The notes beneath the pieces are model-generated. The model had not been told where the DNA came from. It ran no database searches and saw only the letters and a program-made list of their open reading frames with translations. From Gammaproteobacteria bacterium (lineage in GTDB: Bacteria; Pseudomonadota; Gammaproteobacteria; Magnimaribacterales; TMED112): a stretch of 64,000 nt of DNA. This document shows, in pieces, positions 16,802 through 26,913 of this stretch (the stretch's first letter is position 1; every line of letters starts with the position of its first letter). The stretch spans positions 458,243-522,242 of the forward strand of contig JAYQTH010000002.1 in assembly GCA_038147295.1 (NCBI GenBank), in the 5' to 3' direction. A program made the translations under genes and the position numbers.

Positions 16802-17881
16802 ATGAAGGCTAACATCAGAAAATCACTCGAAAATATTAAGCTTAAAGCAAATGAGCTTTCTGATATGCTTTCAGACCCCTCAATTACCTCTGATATAGAT
16901 CAATTAACAAAACTTAATAAAGAATTTTCTGAAGTTAAAGATATCGTTAACAACTGGGATGAGTACCTTGAGCTAGAAAAAAATTTAGTTGACCTTGAAG
17001 AACTCCTCAAGGATGACGAAATGAAAGAACTTGCGAGTGAAGAGAAGAAAGATAACGAATTAAAGCTTCAAGCTTTGGAAGCTCAAATAATGATTCAATT
17101 GCTTCCAAAAGATAAAGACGATAAGCGCAATGCTTTCCTTGAGCTTAGAGCAGGTGCAGGAGGAGATGAGGCTGCTATTTTTGTTGGAGATTTATATCGA
17201 ATGTACGTGAGGTTTTCTGAGAGGAGCAACTGGAAATTGGAGAAAGTAAAAGAAATTGATTCTGGTCCAGGGGGCTTTAAAGAGGTAGTAATACGAGTTA
17301 TTGGTAACGAGGTTTATGGAGATCTAAAATTCGAATCTGGAGTACATAGAGTACAAAGAGTTCCACTTACAGAATCTCAGGGAAGAATTCATACCTCTAC
17401 AGCAACGGTAGCTGTTTTACCTGAAATGGATGACATTGAAGAAAAAGACGTAGATATGAGTGAAATAAGAGTAGACACCTTCAGAGCATCTGGAGCAGGA
17501 GGTCAGCATGTAAATAAGACGGACTCAGCTGTTAGATTAACACACATACCTACTGGAATAGTGGTTGAGTGTCAGGATGATCGTAGTCAGCACAAAAATA
17601 AAGCAAAAGCACTAGCATTGCTTTCATCAAAAATTTACGACATAGAAAAACAAAAAGCAGAACAAGAAAAAGCTTCAGAGAGAAAATCGCTGGTTGGAAC
17701 CGGGGATAGAAGTGAAAAAATAAGAACATATAATTTTCCCCAGGGTCGAATTACAGATCACAGAATAAAACTAACACAATATAATATTGAGGGGTTTTTG
17801 GATGGAGATATCAATGAAATGGTTGAATCTTTGAAAGCTCAAAATAATGCTGAAAAACTCTCAGAAATTGAAAATCAATAA
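16802..17881 (+). CDS. prfA: peptide chain release factor 1
   Basis: RASGAGGQHVNKT GGQ motif. RF1-type. Confidence 0.97.
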   Translation: MKANIRKSLENIKLKANELSDMLSDPSITSDIDQLTKLNKEFSEVKDIVNNWDEYLELEKNLVDLEELLKDDEMKELASEEKKDNELKLQALEAQIMIQLLPKDKDDKRNAFLELRAGAGGDEAAIFVGDLYRMYVRFSERSNWKLEKVKEIDSGPGGFKEVVIRVIGNEVYGDLKFESGVHRVQRVPLTESQGRIHTSTATVAVLPEMDDIEEKDVDMSEIRVDTFRASGAGGQHVNKTDSAVRLTHIPTGIVVECQDDRSQHKNKAKALALLSSKIYDIEKQKAEQEKASERKSLVGTGDRSEKIRTYNFPQGRITDHRIKLTQYNIEGFLDGDINEMVESLKAQNNAEKLSEIENQ

Positions 17882-18638
17882 AGAGCATATTAAACAAATT
17901 AAGCAATCTTGGAGCTCTCAATATGGAGACAGCTATCAGGAAGGCTTGCATTTTCTCATTGAGCATCTACCAAACATTTCCAAAAGTATAGAAGAAATAG
18001 TTGATGAAATTAGTACAAATAAGCCAGTTCAGCAGATTATTGGAGAGTGGCCTTTCTACGATGGAACTTATGTTATTAGTGAGAATGTTTTAATACCAAG
18101 GCCAGAAACCGAAGTAATGATTGACCATATCGTTAATCATATTAAATCTTGTAAAAGTGTTCTAGATTTGGGAACTGGAAGCGGTTGTATAGCAATAGAA
18201 CTATCAAAGATTTATTCTAGTGCTTGCGTTCATGCTGTAGATAAAAGTATCCAAGCCCTTGAGGTAGCTAAAAAAAATAATTACCAAACGCCCAATAAGG
18301 TAAAACTTTATCATTCTGATTGGTTTTCAAATATTGAACAGAAATTTAATTTAATAGTTTCAAACCCTCCCTATGTAGCTCATGACATTTCCACGGATAA
18401 ATCCTTAACGCACGAACCTAATATCGCACTCTATGCAAAGAATGAAGGCATGTCTGATATTGAACACATCATTGACAAGGCTAAATTTTTTCTAGAACAA
18501 GGAGGTTATTTATACATAGAGCATGGCCAAGACCAAAAAAATAAAGTTCAAAAGCTCATGGAGAAAAATGGATTTAGAGAAATAGAAACACATAAAGATC
18601 TCTCAGGTAAAGAAAGATTTAGCTTTGCCATGCTTTAG
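17847..18638 (+). CDS. prmC: release factor glutamine N5-methyltransferase
   Basis: DLGTGSGCIAI SAM motif and an NPPY motif. Lies downstream of prfA. Confidence 0.9.
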   Translation: MLKNSQKLKINKEHIKQIKQSWSSQYGDSYQEGLHFLIEHLPNISKSIEEIVDEISTNKPVQQIIGEWPFYDGTYVISENVLIPRPETEVMIDHIVNHIKSCKSVLDLGTGSGCIAIELSKIYSSACVHAVDKSIQALEVAKKNNYQTPNKVKLYHSDWFSNIEQKFNLIVSNPPYVAHDISTDKSLTHEPNIALYAKNEGMSDIEHIIDKAKFFLEQGGYLYIEHGQDQKNKVQKLMEKNGFREIETHKDLSGKERFSFAML

Positions 18639-18688
18639 AAATTTTTAAATATATAAAACTAATCTATTAATTCTTGTAAAATGAAGGC

Positions 18689-19666
18689 ATGCAAAGTTTA
18701 GGAATAGTTGAGGGGTACTATGGTGGTCTCTATAGTTTTACAGACAGACGATCTCTTATTTCTTCTTTAAGTGAATCTCAGCTTAATTCATATTTTTATG
18801 CTCCTAAAGAAGATCCATTTCTTAGAAGCAATTTTCACCTGCATCAAAGTGAAAGCTGGAGAAGTGAGTTCAAAGATTTTGTTCAGGTAGCATCAGAGAA
18901 ATCTATAGAAGTTACAGTAGGGCTTACACCATGTTCTAAGCAACACATCGAGCTGATAGAGGAAAAAATTGGTTATTTTAATGAGCTGGGTTGTAACAAA
19001 ATTGCTCTGCTGTTTGATGACCTTGATCAGTTTAAAGTAGATGAGCAACTTCAAGCACTAAATATAGCTAGATCTGCATTTCCAGGAGTTGCTTTCCTTT
19101 TTTGTCCAACAGTGTATGCCGAAGAATTAATTGGCAAAGATAGTCAACACACCACTTACTTTCATGAATTTCTCAAGAACTGCCCAAGTGGTATCGAAAT
19201 TTTATGGACAGGTGAAAAAGTTATTTCAACTAATTTAAATTTTGAATCTGAGTCAGCTATTGTGGGATTGCCTTCAGAGAAAATAGCTATATGGGATAAT
19301 TATTTCACTGTAGATTCTCGACCTAAGAGACTTAATCTTACAAATTTTAACCACTTAGATAAGAGCTATTTAAAAACAAAAACAAATTACTTTGTAAACC
19401 TTACAGGGATGGAGCGAACGGATAAATTAATTATTGACATATTTGGTAATCTCTTAAGCTCCTCTGGAACTCAGTTTACGAATATTCTGCAAAGACATGG
19501 TGTGCCTGATGCTCTGATTGAGATGATAGATTTGTTTGATCCTGAAATAAAAATTAAACTGTTAGAAAGTGACAAAGAAAAATTACATAAAATAATTTTT
19601 TCATGGTTCCATCCATTAAAGAATGAATGGTATCCTTATTTGCACAATCTAAAAAACTGGGGGTAA
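18689..19666 (+). CDS. GH84-like beta-N-acetylglucosaminidase (O-GlcNAcase-type catalytic domain only)
   Basis: Contains GIVEGYYG, YFYAPKEDPFLR, ALLFDDL (the DD catalytic pair), LWTGEKV and IWDNY. No signal peptide. Confidence 0.7.
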   Translation: MQSLGIVEGYYGGLYSFTDRRSLISSLSESQLNSYFYAPKEDPFLRSNFHLHQSESWRSEFKDFVQVASEKSIEVTVGLTPCSKQHIELIEEKIGYFNELGCNKIALLFDDLDQFKVDEQLQALNIARSAFPGVAFLFCPTVYAEELIGKDSQHTTYFHEFLKNCPSGIEILWTGEKVISTNLNFESESAIVGLPSEKIAIWDNYFTVDSRPKRLNLTNFNHLDKSYLKTKTNYFVNLTGMERTDKLIIDIFGNLLSSSGTQFTNILQRHGVPDALIEMIDLFDPEIKIKLLESDKEKLHKIIFSWFHPLKNEWYPYLHNLKNWG

Positions 19667-19668
19667 AA

Positions 19669-21279
19669 ATGAATATGCAAGATTGGAATCAGAACGTTGG
19701 GAGCATTATTGACTATGCGCAAAGAATCTTTCCAGATGTTGAGATAGTAACAAGAAATCTTAATGGCGTTATTTCTAAAACAAACTATGGTGAGGTTGGC
19801 AGAAGAGCAAAAAAACTTGGATCAGCCTTAGAAAAATATGGTATTAAGCATGGGCAAAATGTTGGCTCATTGGCACTAAATACTTATAGAAATATGGAAA
19901 TGTACTACGGCATTTCAGGTATGGGCGCTGTCATGCACACCATTAACTTTAGACTGCATCCTGAACAGATTGTTTACATCATTAATCACGCTGAAAATAG
20001 AATTATTTTTATTGAATCTGTATTTGCTCCACTGCTAGAGGCAATTCAGGATAATTGTCCTACCGTTGAGCAGTATGTGATTTTGTGCAGCAAAGAGGAG
20101 ATGCCAGAAACAAAACTTAAAAATGCTATCTCTTACGAGGAATTTATAGAGGACGGCGATGAAGATTATCAATGGCCTGCTTTAGGTGAAGATGCTCCAT
20201 GTGGATTATGTTATACCTCTGGAACAACCGGCAATCCTAAAGGAGTGTTGTATTCACACAAATCAACTCTGCTTCATGCATGGGCTGGTTCATCGGCGAA
20301 CGGATTAGGTCTTGATAAAGACGATTCAATACTAATGGTTGTGCCAATGTTTCACGTTATGGGCTGGGGTTTGCCATACATCGGTGCAATGAACGGTATC
20401 AAGTTAGTCCTGCCAGGCATGGGTATGGATGGTGCAGCTTTGGTTGAATTAATCCAAAAAGAAGAAGTTACATTAGCGTTTGGGGTGCCAACTATTTGGC
20501 TTGGGCTTTTGGGATATTGTAAAGAAAACAACATTAAATTGGATACAGTGAAGCAAACTGTAATTGGTGGCTCTGCAGTTCCATATTCAATGATTAAACA
20601 ATTCGATGAGGAGCATGATGTTAATGTGGTTCAAGGATGGGGAATGACCGAAACAAGCCCATTAGCAACTGCTAATATCAGGACAAAAGCAATGGAAGCT
20701 ATGTCTAAAGAAGAAAGATATAAACTTCAAACAAAGCAAGGCAAACCAGTTTATGGCGTAGAGCTTAAAATAGTTGATGACGATGGCAAGCAGCTACCAG
20801 AAGATGGTGAAGCATTTGGCAAGCTTATGATTCGAGGTCCATGGGTCAATAAGCGGTACTATAAGTTCGATGAAGATGCTATAGATGGTGATGGTTGGTT
20901 CGATACAGGTGATATTTCGTCAATTGATCCTGATGGCTATATGACCATTGTTGATAGAGCAAAAGATGTCATTAAGTCTGGTGGCGAATGGATTAGTTCT
21001 GTAGATCTAGAAAATGCTGCTCAAGGACATCCTGATGTTACTCAAGCCTGTGTAATCGGTGTTGCTCATCCAAAATGGGATGAAAGACCATTGTTATTAG
21101 TTGTGCCAGCAAATGATAAAAAGGATAAAGAATCCATTTTTGCATACCTAGAAGATAAAATAGCAAAGTGGTGGAAACCAGACGATATTGTATTTGTAGA
21201 TGAATTGCCAATTGGGGCAACAGGCAAGGTTCTTAAGATTGATTTAAGAGAGCAATATAAAGACCATTTAATGAAATAA
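19669..21279 (+). CDS. acyl-CoA synthetase (AMP-forming fatty-acid--CoA ligase)
   Basis: YTSGTTGNPKGV AMP-binding motif, plus GWFDTGD and GKVLK. The ATG at 19669, after the upstream stop, is preferred over the tracked start at 19627. Confidence 0.88.
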   Translation: MNMQDWNQNVGSIIDYAQRIFPDVEIVTRNLNGVISKTNYGEVGRRAKKLGSALEKYGIKHGQNVGSLALNTYRNMEMYYGISGMGAVMHTINFRLHPEQIVYIINHAENRIIFIESVFAPLLEAIQDNCPTVEQYVILCSKEEMPETKLKNAISYEEFIEDGDEDYQWPALGEDAPCGLCYTSGTTGNPKGVLYSHKSTLLHAWAGSSANGLGLDKDDSILMVVPMFHVMGWGLPYIGAMNGIKLVLPGMGMDGAALVELIQKEEVTLAFGVPTIWLGLLGYCKENNIKLDTVKQTVIGGSAVPYSMIKQFDEEHDVNVVQGWGMTETSPLATANIRTKAMEAMSKEERYKLQTKQGKPVYGVELKIVDDDGKQLPEDGEAFGKLMIRGPWVNKRYYKFDEDAIDGDGWFDTGDISSIDPDGYMTIVDRAKDVIKSGGEWISSVDLENAAQGHPDVTQACVIGVAHPKWDERPLLLVVPANDKKDKESIFAYLEDKIAKWWKPDDIVFVDELPIGATGKVLKIDLREQYKDHLMK

Positions 21280-21289
21280 GGAGTAACGA

Positions 21290-21739
21290 ATGGAAGCTAT
21301 TAAAGTAGAAGATTTAGGTAATCACGTCGGAGTTGTTAGAAGCACATCTTGGTTCACTGTTACACAAGATATGATCAATAAATTTGCAGATGTTTCCGAT
21401 GATCATCAGTTCATTCATGTGGATCCTGAGCAGGCCGCACCAATATTTGGTAGCACTATTGCACATGGAGCTTTAATGCTTTCCCTGTCAATTGGTAAAG
21501 GATATGAAACTGCATTGGTTGTTGAAGGCACCAAAATGGCAATGAACTACGGTTACGATAAGGTGCGTTTTATAAACCCCGTGCCAGTAGATTCCAAGTG
21601 TCGATATAACTCAAGCCTACTTGAGGTAAACGATAAGGGAGGAGGCAGGCTGCTAATGAAGTTTAAGATTGAGCTTGAAGTTGAAGGTTCAGATAAGCCA
21701 GGCTTTATTGCAGAAAACCTCGCAATGATATTTGTATAA
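21290..21739 (+). CDS. MaoC-like (R)-specific enoyl-CoA hydratase, hotdog fold
   Basis: 149-aa ORF containing FADVSDDHQFIHVDPEQA. Confidence 0.85.
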   Translation: MEAIKVEDLGNHVGVVRSTSWFTVTQDMINKFADVSDDHQFIHVDPEQAAPIFGSTIAHGALMLSLSIGKGYETALVVEGTKMAMNYGYDKVRFINPVPVDSKCRYNSSLLEVNDKGGGRLLMKFKIELEVEGSDKPGFIAENLAMIFV

Positions 21740-22853
21740 GAAGTACTTTTTACTAGCAATAATTCTGCTTATAACAGGGTGTTCAAATGAATATCTAGAC
21801 GTAGATTCGTGTCAAAGTAAAGGCGTTTTAGATTTGATATGTGACATGCAAAATCCCGAAGATTTTGCCAAAATTCCCGAAGAGGATTCTTTAGTAGTTT
21901 CACAATTCGCTGGATTGGCCGAGCTAAATCATGGCAAAATTAACGAAGGTAAACTCTCTAGGCTAAATTTAAATACGAAAGAGGTTGTTGATTTTAATAT
22001 CGTCTTTTTAGAGAACAACATCACCAATCTGGGTCAGAAAAATTGTCAGCCTTATAGCAGTTTTTATCCTCATGGCATTGATCTATACCATGAGATAAAG
22101 GTTGAAGGAGAAAACCTTAGTCCATTCTTAGAGGAAGCCTATCTTCTTGCTGTTGTAAACCATACCAGTGTTGATCGAATCGAATTTTTTCTTCTTTTTC
22201 CAGACTATGTAAATTTTTCAGATGCTGGGCCAAATACTCTCTATTGGGTCGGTTGTGTTGAAGGCCCAAATCAAAATACCTATTTCAATGATGTTGTCAT
22301 TACAGATGCAGATGGCAGCTTTTATGCTACACATCAATACGATAAGGATATGGGGTTAACAGAACTTACCTTCCATAGTGTGCTGAGACTTGATACAGGT
22401 TTTGTCTATCAGTGGAGCCCAGCAGATGGTTTTATCAAATTGTTTGATTCCGGAGGGGCATGGCCCAATGGTATAGAGATAATGGACGACAGATTGTACG
22501 TTAGTTATAGAATGAATGGTTCAATAGGAGTATTTGCTAACGGCAACAGAACAGACCATAAATTAAGAAATTACCTTGGTGGCGGTGCAGATAATTTATT
22601 AGTAGTTGGAGATGAGATATGGGCTGCTGTACAAAATACTGATTTGGGGGGATTTCATTGCATTAATGAATCATTGGTCCAATGCCCAACACCATTTTCA
22701 GTACAACGATATTCAAAAGACCTAAAGCTGCTTGAAAGGCATGATTTTCAGGACGTTGCTTTTGGAGGAGCATCAGTTGCTTATGGAGATGGCAAGCAAA
22801 TAATAATTGGGGCCTATAAGGCGGACCGTATTGCAGTCTTTACAACACAATGA
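21732..22853 (+). CDS. lipoprotein, probable six-bladed beta-propeller (SGL/PON-like hydrolase)
   Basis: TTG start and lipobox LITGCS. WPNGIEIMDDRLYVSY resembles the PNGI...LYV blade motif of the SMP-30/gluconolactonase/PON families. The family assignment is tentative. Confidence 0.45.
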   Translation: MYKKYFLLAIILLITGCSNEYLDVDSCQSKGVLDLICDMQNPEDFAKIPEEDSLVVSQFAGLAELNHGKINEGKLSRLNLNTKEVVDFNIVFLENNITNLGQKNCQPYSSFYPHGIDLYHEIKVEGENLSPFLEEAYLLAVVNHTSVDRIEFFLLFPDYVNFSDAGPNTLYWVGCVEGPNQNTYFNDVVITDADGSFYATHQYDKDMGLTELTFHSVLRLDTGFVYQWSPADGFIKLFDSGGAWPNGIEIMDDRLYVSYRMNGSIGVFANGNRTDHKLRNYLGGGADNLLVVGDEIWAAVQNTDLGGFHCINESLVQCPTPFSVQRYSKDLKLLERHDFQDVAFGGASVAYGDGKQIIIGAYKADRIAVFTTQ

Positions 22854-23740
22854 TCAGATTTTTAGTTTTATTTTGCTTTTCTCTTGCAGCAACCGCGGAA
22901 ACTAAATTTTTTGTACTTGGCTCTGGTACACCAAATCCGAATCCAGATCGTTCAGGTTCTGCATATTTAGTTTTGGCAAATGATACTCCGTACTTATTTG
23001 ATTTTGGTCCTGGTGTGGTTCGAAAGATGTCAGCACTATCCAAAAGTTGGGGTGGAGCATATTCTGAGCTGGAGGTTGAAAATCTAGAATACGCCTTTTT
23101 AACACACTTTCATTCTGATCACTCTCTTGGTTTGGCAGATCTAATTATCACTCCGTGGATTATGGGTCGAGAGCGACCGTTGAAAATTTTTGGCCCAGCT
23201 TCAACTGCCGATATGGCTGAGAATATTATAAAAGCCTATCAGCCCGATATTGATTACAGGATCAAAGGCACACAACCGCAAAATTCGACGGGATATAAAG
23301 TAGTTTTTACTAAACTTAATGAAGGCTTAGTCTATAAAGACCAGAATATTCAGGTACTAGCTTTTTTGAATGCACATGGTGATGTAAAGGAATCTTTTGG
23401 TTTTGTTATAGAAACTGAGGACAAAAAAATATTAATTTCTGGCGATACTGGACCTTCAGAAAATTTAATTAAGTACGGGAAAAATTTGGATATCCTCGTT
23501 CATGAAGTCTATTCGCAAGCGGGCTTTAATCAAAAAACACCTGACTGGCAAAAATATCATAAAGCTCACCATACTAGCCCCAGCGAATTGGCCGCAATAG
23601 CTAAACAAATCAAGCCAAAACAATTAGTTTTGTCCCACATTCTATTTTGGGGTGCAACTGAAGAAGAAATATTGCAAGAAATGACAACACATTATTCTGG
23701 CAAAATTGTTCTAGCCAAAGATTTGTTGTTGGTTGAATAA
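22850..23740 (+). CDS. secreted MBL-fold metallo-hydrolase (RNase Z-like subgroup)
   Basis: Signal peptide and the HFHSDH metal-binding motif. ATGA overlap with the upstream gene. Confidence 0.8.
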   Translation: MIRFLVLFCFSLAATAETKFFVLGSGTPNPNPDRSGSAYLVLANDTPYLFDFGPGVVRKMSALSKSWGGAYSELEVENLEYAFLTHFHSDHSLGLADLIITPWIMGRERPLKIFGPASTADMAENIIKAYQPDIDYRIKGTQPQNSTGYKVVFTKLNEGLVYKDQNIQVLAFLNAHGDVKESFGFVIETEDKKILISGDTGPSENLIKYGKNLDILVHEVYSQAGFNQKTPDWQKYHKAHHTSPSELAAIAKQIKPKQLVLSHILFWGATEEEILQEMTTHYSGKIVLAKDLLLVE

Positions 23741-23741
23741 A

Positions 23742-25178
23742 TTAAGTCAGTTTAGATTTTAAAATTTGATTAATTAGCCCGGGATTGGCTTTGCCTTGAG
23801 TTGCTTTCATAGCTTGACCCACAAAAAAGCCAAACAATTTGTCTTTACCAGACTTGTAAGCAGTAACTTGGGATGGATTATCCTTAATGATTTGATCAAC
23901 AATTGCTTCAAGCTCACTCTCATCAGAGATTTGCTGTAGCCCCTTACCTTCTATGACTTTAGCTACATCATCACCACTTTCCCAAATTTCCTCAAGAACC
24001 TCTTTAGCAATTTTGCCAGATATGGTGTTGTCAGAAATTTTTTGAATTAACTGTGAAAAGTTTTCTGCAGTAATTTTGCTGTCAGATAAATTGAAGTCAT
24101 TTTTATTTAGTAGGGCATTGAGGTCGCCAATAATCCATTTTGCTGCCAGCTCAGGGTTGGCATCTTTAACCACCGCTTCATAAAAGTCGGCCGTTAGTTT
24201 GTCAGTACAAATAACTCCAGCATCGTATTCGCTTAAGCCATAGGCCTCTACTAGGCGAGCTTGTTTTTGCTCTGGCAGTTCTCCCATATTCGCTTGGACC
24301 TCTTTTTTAAGTTCATCTGAAATACTAAATGGCACTAGGTCTGGACAGGGGAAGTAACGGTAGTCGTTAGCAAATTCTTTGGTTCTCATTGAACGTGTCT
24401 CATCTTTGATAGCATCGTAAAGTCTTGTTTCTTGTTCAACTTTACCACCTGATTCAAGAACTTTAATTTGTCGTTTAATTTCGTAATTAATAGCTTTTTC
24501 TACAAAACGAAATGAATTTATGTTCTTAATTTCAGCTCGAGTACCATATTCTTTATCGTCAGGGCGCATGATTGAAACATTGGCATCGCATCGCAAAGAT
24601 CCTTGCGACATGTTGCCATCAGAAATATCTAGGTAGGTTACTATTTGGTGAATTTTCTTAAGATACCTTACTGCTTCCTCCGCCGACCTAATGTCTGGCT
24701 CTGAAACAATTTCAAGTAAAGGCACCCCTGATCGGTTGAGATCAATGACAGACTCATCATCGTAAACATCATGCATGGATTTACCAGCATCTTCTTCAAG
24801 ATGAGCTTGGTGGATGCGAACTTCTTTGCCCTCAATACTAACTCGACCATTTTTTACAATAGGGTAGTGCAACTGTGTTATTTGATAGCCTTTTGGCAGA
24901 TCTGGATAAAAGTAATTCTTCCTATCAAAAACCATGCTTTCAGCAATTTCAGCATTGGTAGCTAAGCCAAATTTAATTCCTTGTTTGATAGCTCCTTCGT
25001 TCAACACTGGCAGGACACCAGGAAGCCCTAGATCTATTAAATCGACCAGAGTGTTTGCTTCCTCACCAAACTGGTTACGTGAAGGAGAAAACAGCTTGGT
25101 ATTCGTAGTAAGCTGCACATGGACTTCCAAACCTATAACAGGCTGCCAACCATTCACTAAGGTATTATCTTGTGCCAA
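23742..25178 (-). CDS. gatB: Asp/Glu-tRNA amidotransferase subunit B
   Basis: 478-aa ORF containing GLEVHVQL..TKLF. gatCAB order. Confidence 0.97.
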   Translation of the reverse strand: MAQDNTLVNGWQPVIGLEVHVQLTTNTKLFSPSRNQFGEEANTLVDLIDLGLPGVLPVLNEGAIKQGIKFGLATNAEIAESMVFDRKNYFYPDLPKGYQITQLHYPIVKNGRVSIEGKEVRIHQAHLEEDAGKSMHDVYDDESVIDLNRSGVPLLEIVSEPDIRSAEEAVRYLKKIHQIVTYLDISDGNMSQGSLRCDANVSIMRPDDKEYGTRAEIKNINSFRFVEKAINYEIKRQIKVLESGGKVEQETRLYDAIKDETRSMRTKEFANDYRYFPCPDLVPFSISDELKKEVQANMGELPEQKQARLVEAYGLSEYDAGVICTDKLTADFYEAVVKDANPELAAKWIIGDLNALLNKNDFNLSDSKITAENFSQLIQKISDNTISGKIAKEVLEEIWESGDDVAKVIEGKGLQQISDESELEAIVDQIIKDNPSQVTAYKSGKDKLFGFFVGQAMKATQGKANPGLINQILKSKLT

Positions 25179-26584
25179 TCGGATACCTCCTGAATTTTGT
25201 GAGTAATGTTAAGCAGCAGATCTTCTGAAAAATAGTTACCAACAAACTGTGCCCCTATCGGCAACTCATTGGCCAGCCCATTAGGGAATGAAATAGCAGG
25301 CAATCCTGCCAAGTTTGCTGGAATGGTTAAAAGATCCTCTTTATACATTCTATTCGGATCTGAGCTTGTTCTATTCATTTCAAAAGCTTGGTCAAGTGTT
25401 GTTGGTAGAAAAACTAGATCGACAGTTTTAAAGAACTCATCAAATTTTGTCTTCATCATACGCCTTACTTTTTGCGCTTTGCGATAATAAGCATCATAGA
25501 AACCGGCAGAGAGAACATAAGTGCCAATAAGAATTCTTTTTCTTACTTCTTCACCAAAACCTTCAGATCTAGTCTGTAAGTAAAGGTCGCTTATATTGCT
25601 TGAATCTGATCTATGTCCAAATTTGACACCATCAAAACGAGAGAGGTTTGAGGAGCATTCAGCTGGAGCGATAACATAATAGGAGCAAATTCCAGCAGAG
25701 AGTTCAGAAAAATCAAGCTCAACAAATGTATGTCCCAATTTTTCAAGCACAATTTTTGAGTTTTCATAAGCTTTTAATACTTCCTCAGAAATTCCAAGTT
25801 GGTCAATGCCTTTAAGCACCCCAATTTTTAATTTGCCGAAGTCGTTTCTTAAGGCGTGTTCATATTTAACTTTATCTCTTTGGGCAGAAGTAGAATCTTT
25901 TGCATCGTATGAAGCCATGGCATCTAGCAATGCAGCACAACCAAATGCATCGCGAGCGAAAGGACCAGCTTGATCCATGCTAGAACAAAAAGCAATCATA
26001 CCCCATCTAGAAACAAGACCATATGTAGGCTTCAGACCAGTTATGCCACATAATGCTGCTGGTTGTCTTATAGAACCTCCTGTATCAGTTCCTGTAGCCA
26101 ATGAGGTTATATCAGCTGCCACGCACGCTGCAGAGCCACCAGAGCTACCACCGGGCACCAATGACTCACCCCAAGGGTTGATGACTGGTCCAAAAAAACT
26201 TGTTTCATTGGATGAGCCCATAGCAAATTCATCCATATTTGTTTTGCCAATCATAATTGATCCAGCTTGATGGCAATTTGAAGTGACGGTTGATTCGTAG
26301 GGCGGAGTAAAATTTTCCAACATCTTAGATGCGCAGGTTGTGCGCTTTCCTTTTGTGCAAAAGATATCTTTATGAGCTATTGGGACGCCACCCAAAGCAA
26401 GATCTTTGTAATCATTAAAATTATTATCGATGTGTTCAGCTATTTTTAGTGCATCTTCATCAAAGGTACTAATAAAAGCATTTAAATTACTGTATCTTTT
26501 TGCCTTATCAAGACTGTCTTGTGTCAGCTCTTTTGCTGAGATTTGTTTGTTTCGAAAACTCTCTCTAATATCCTTAAAATTCAT
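25157..26584 (-). CDS. gatA: Glu-tRNA(Gln) amidotransferase subunit A
   Basis: Amidase signature GGSSGGSAA...GTDTGGSIRQPA. Confidence 0.97.
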   Translation of the reverse strand: MNFKDIRESFRNKQISAKELTQDSLDKAKRYSNLNAFISTFDEDALKIAEHIDNNFNDYKDLALGGVPIAHKDIFCTKGKRTTCASKMLENFTPPYESTVTSNCHQAGSIMIGKTNMDEFAMGSSNETSFFGPVINPWGESLVPGGSSGGSAACVAADITSLATGTDTGGSIRQPAALCGITGLKPTYGLVSRWGMIAFCSSMDQAGPFARDAFGCAALLDAMASYDAKDSTSAQRDKVKYEHALRNDFGKLKIGVLKGIDQLGISEEVLKAYENSKIVLEKLGHTFVELDFSELSAGICSYYVIAPAECSSNLSRFDGVKFGHRSDSSNISDLYLQTRSEGFGEEVRKRILIGTYVLSAGFYDAYYRKAQKVRRMMKTKFDEFFKTVDLVFLPTTLDQAFEMNRTSSDPNRMYKEDLLTIPANLAGLPAISFPNGLANELPIGAQFVGNYFSEDLLLNITHKIQEVSDWHKIIP

Positions 26585-26862
26585 TCTACTATTTTAGGCA
26601 CCACAAAGAAGTTATCATCTGATTTAGGTGACTCTGCCAGAAACTCTTTTTTGCTATTTCGATTATCCTCACTATCTGAACGGCTAACATTAGTTAGTTC
26701 AAGCGGATTGTTGAGAGGCTCAAAATGGTCTAAGTCCAATTCATTCATTTGGTCAATCATGCCAAATGTAGTTTTTAGCTTTTCTAAAATTTTTGGGTAA
26801 TCTTCCTCTTTAGCACCTATTCTTGCTAAAAATAATAGATTTTTTAACTCGATTTTATCCAT
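26581..26862 (-). CDS. gatC: Asp/Glu-tRNA amidotransferase subunit C
   Basis: 93-aa ORF, overlap-coupled to gatA. Confidence 0.9.
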   Translation of the reverse strand: MDKIELKNLLFLARIGAKEEDYPKILEKLKTTFGMIDQMNELDLDHFEPLNNPLELTNVSRSDSEDNRNSKKEFLAESPKSDDNFFVVPKIVE

Positions 26863-26913
26863 TAAAAGCCTTATTCTAGTAAGTTCCGGTTATTATAGGG
26901 TTTAATTAAAGAA

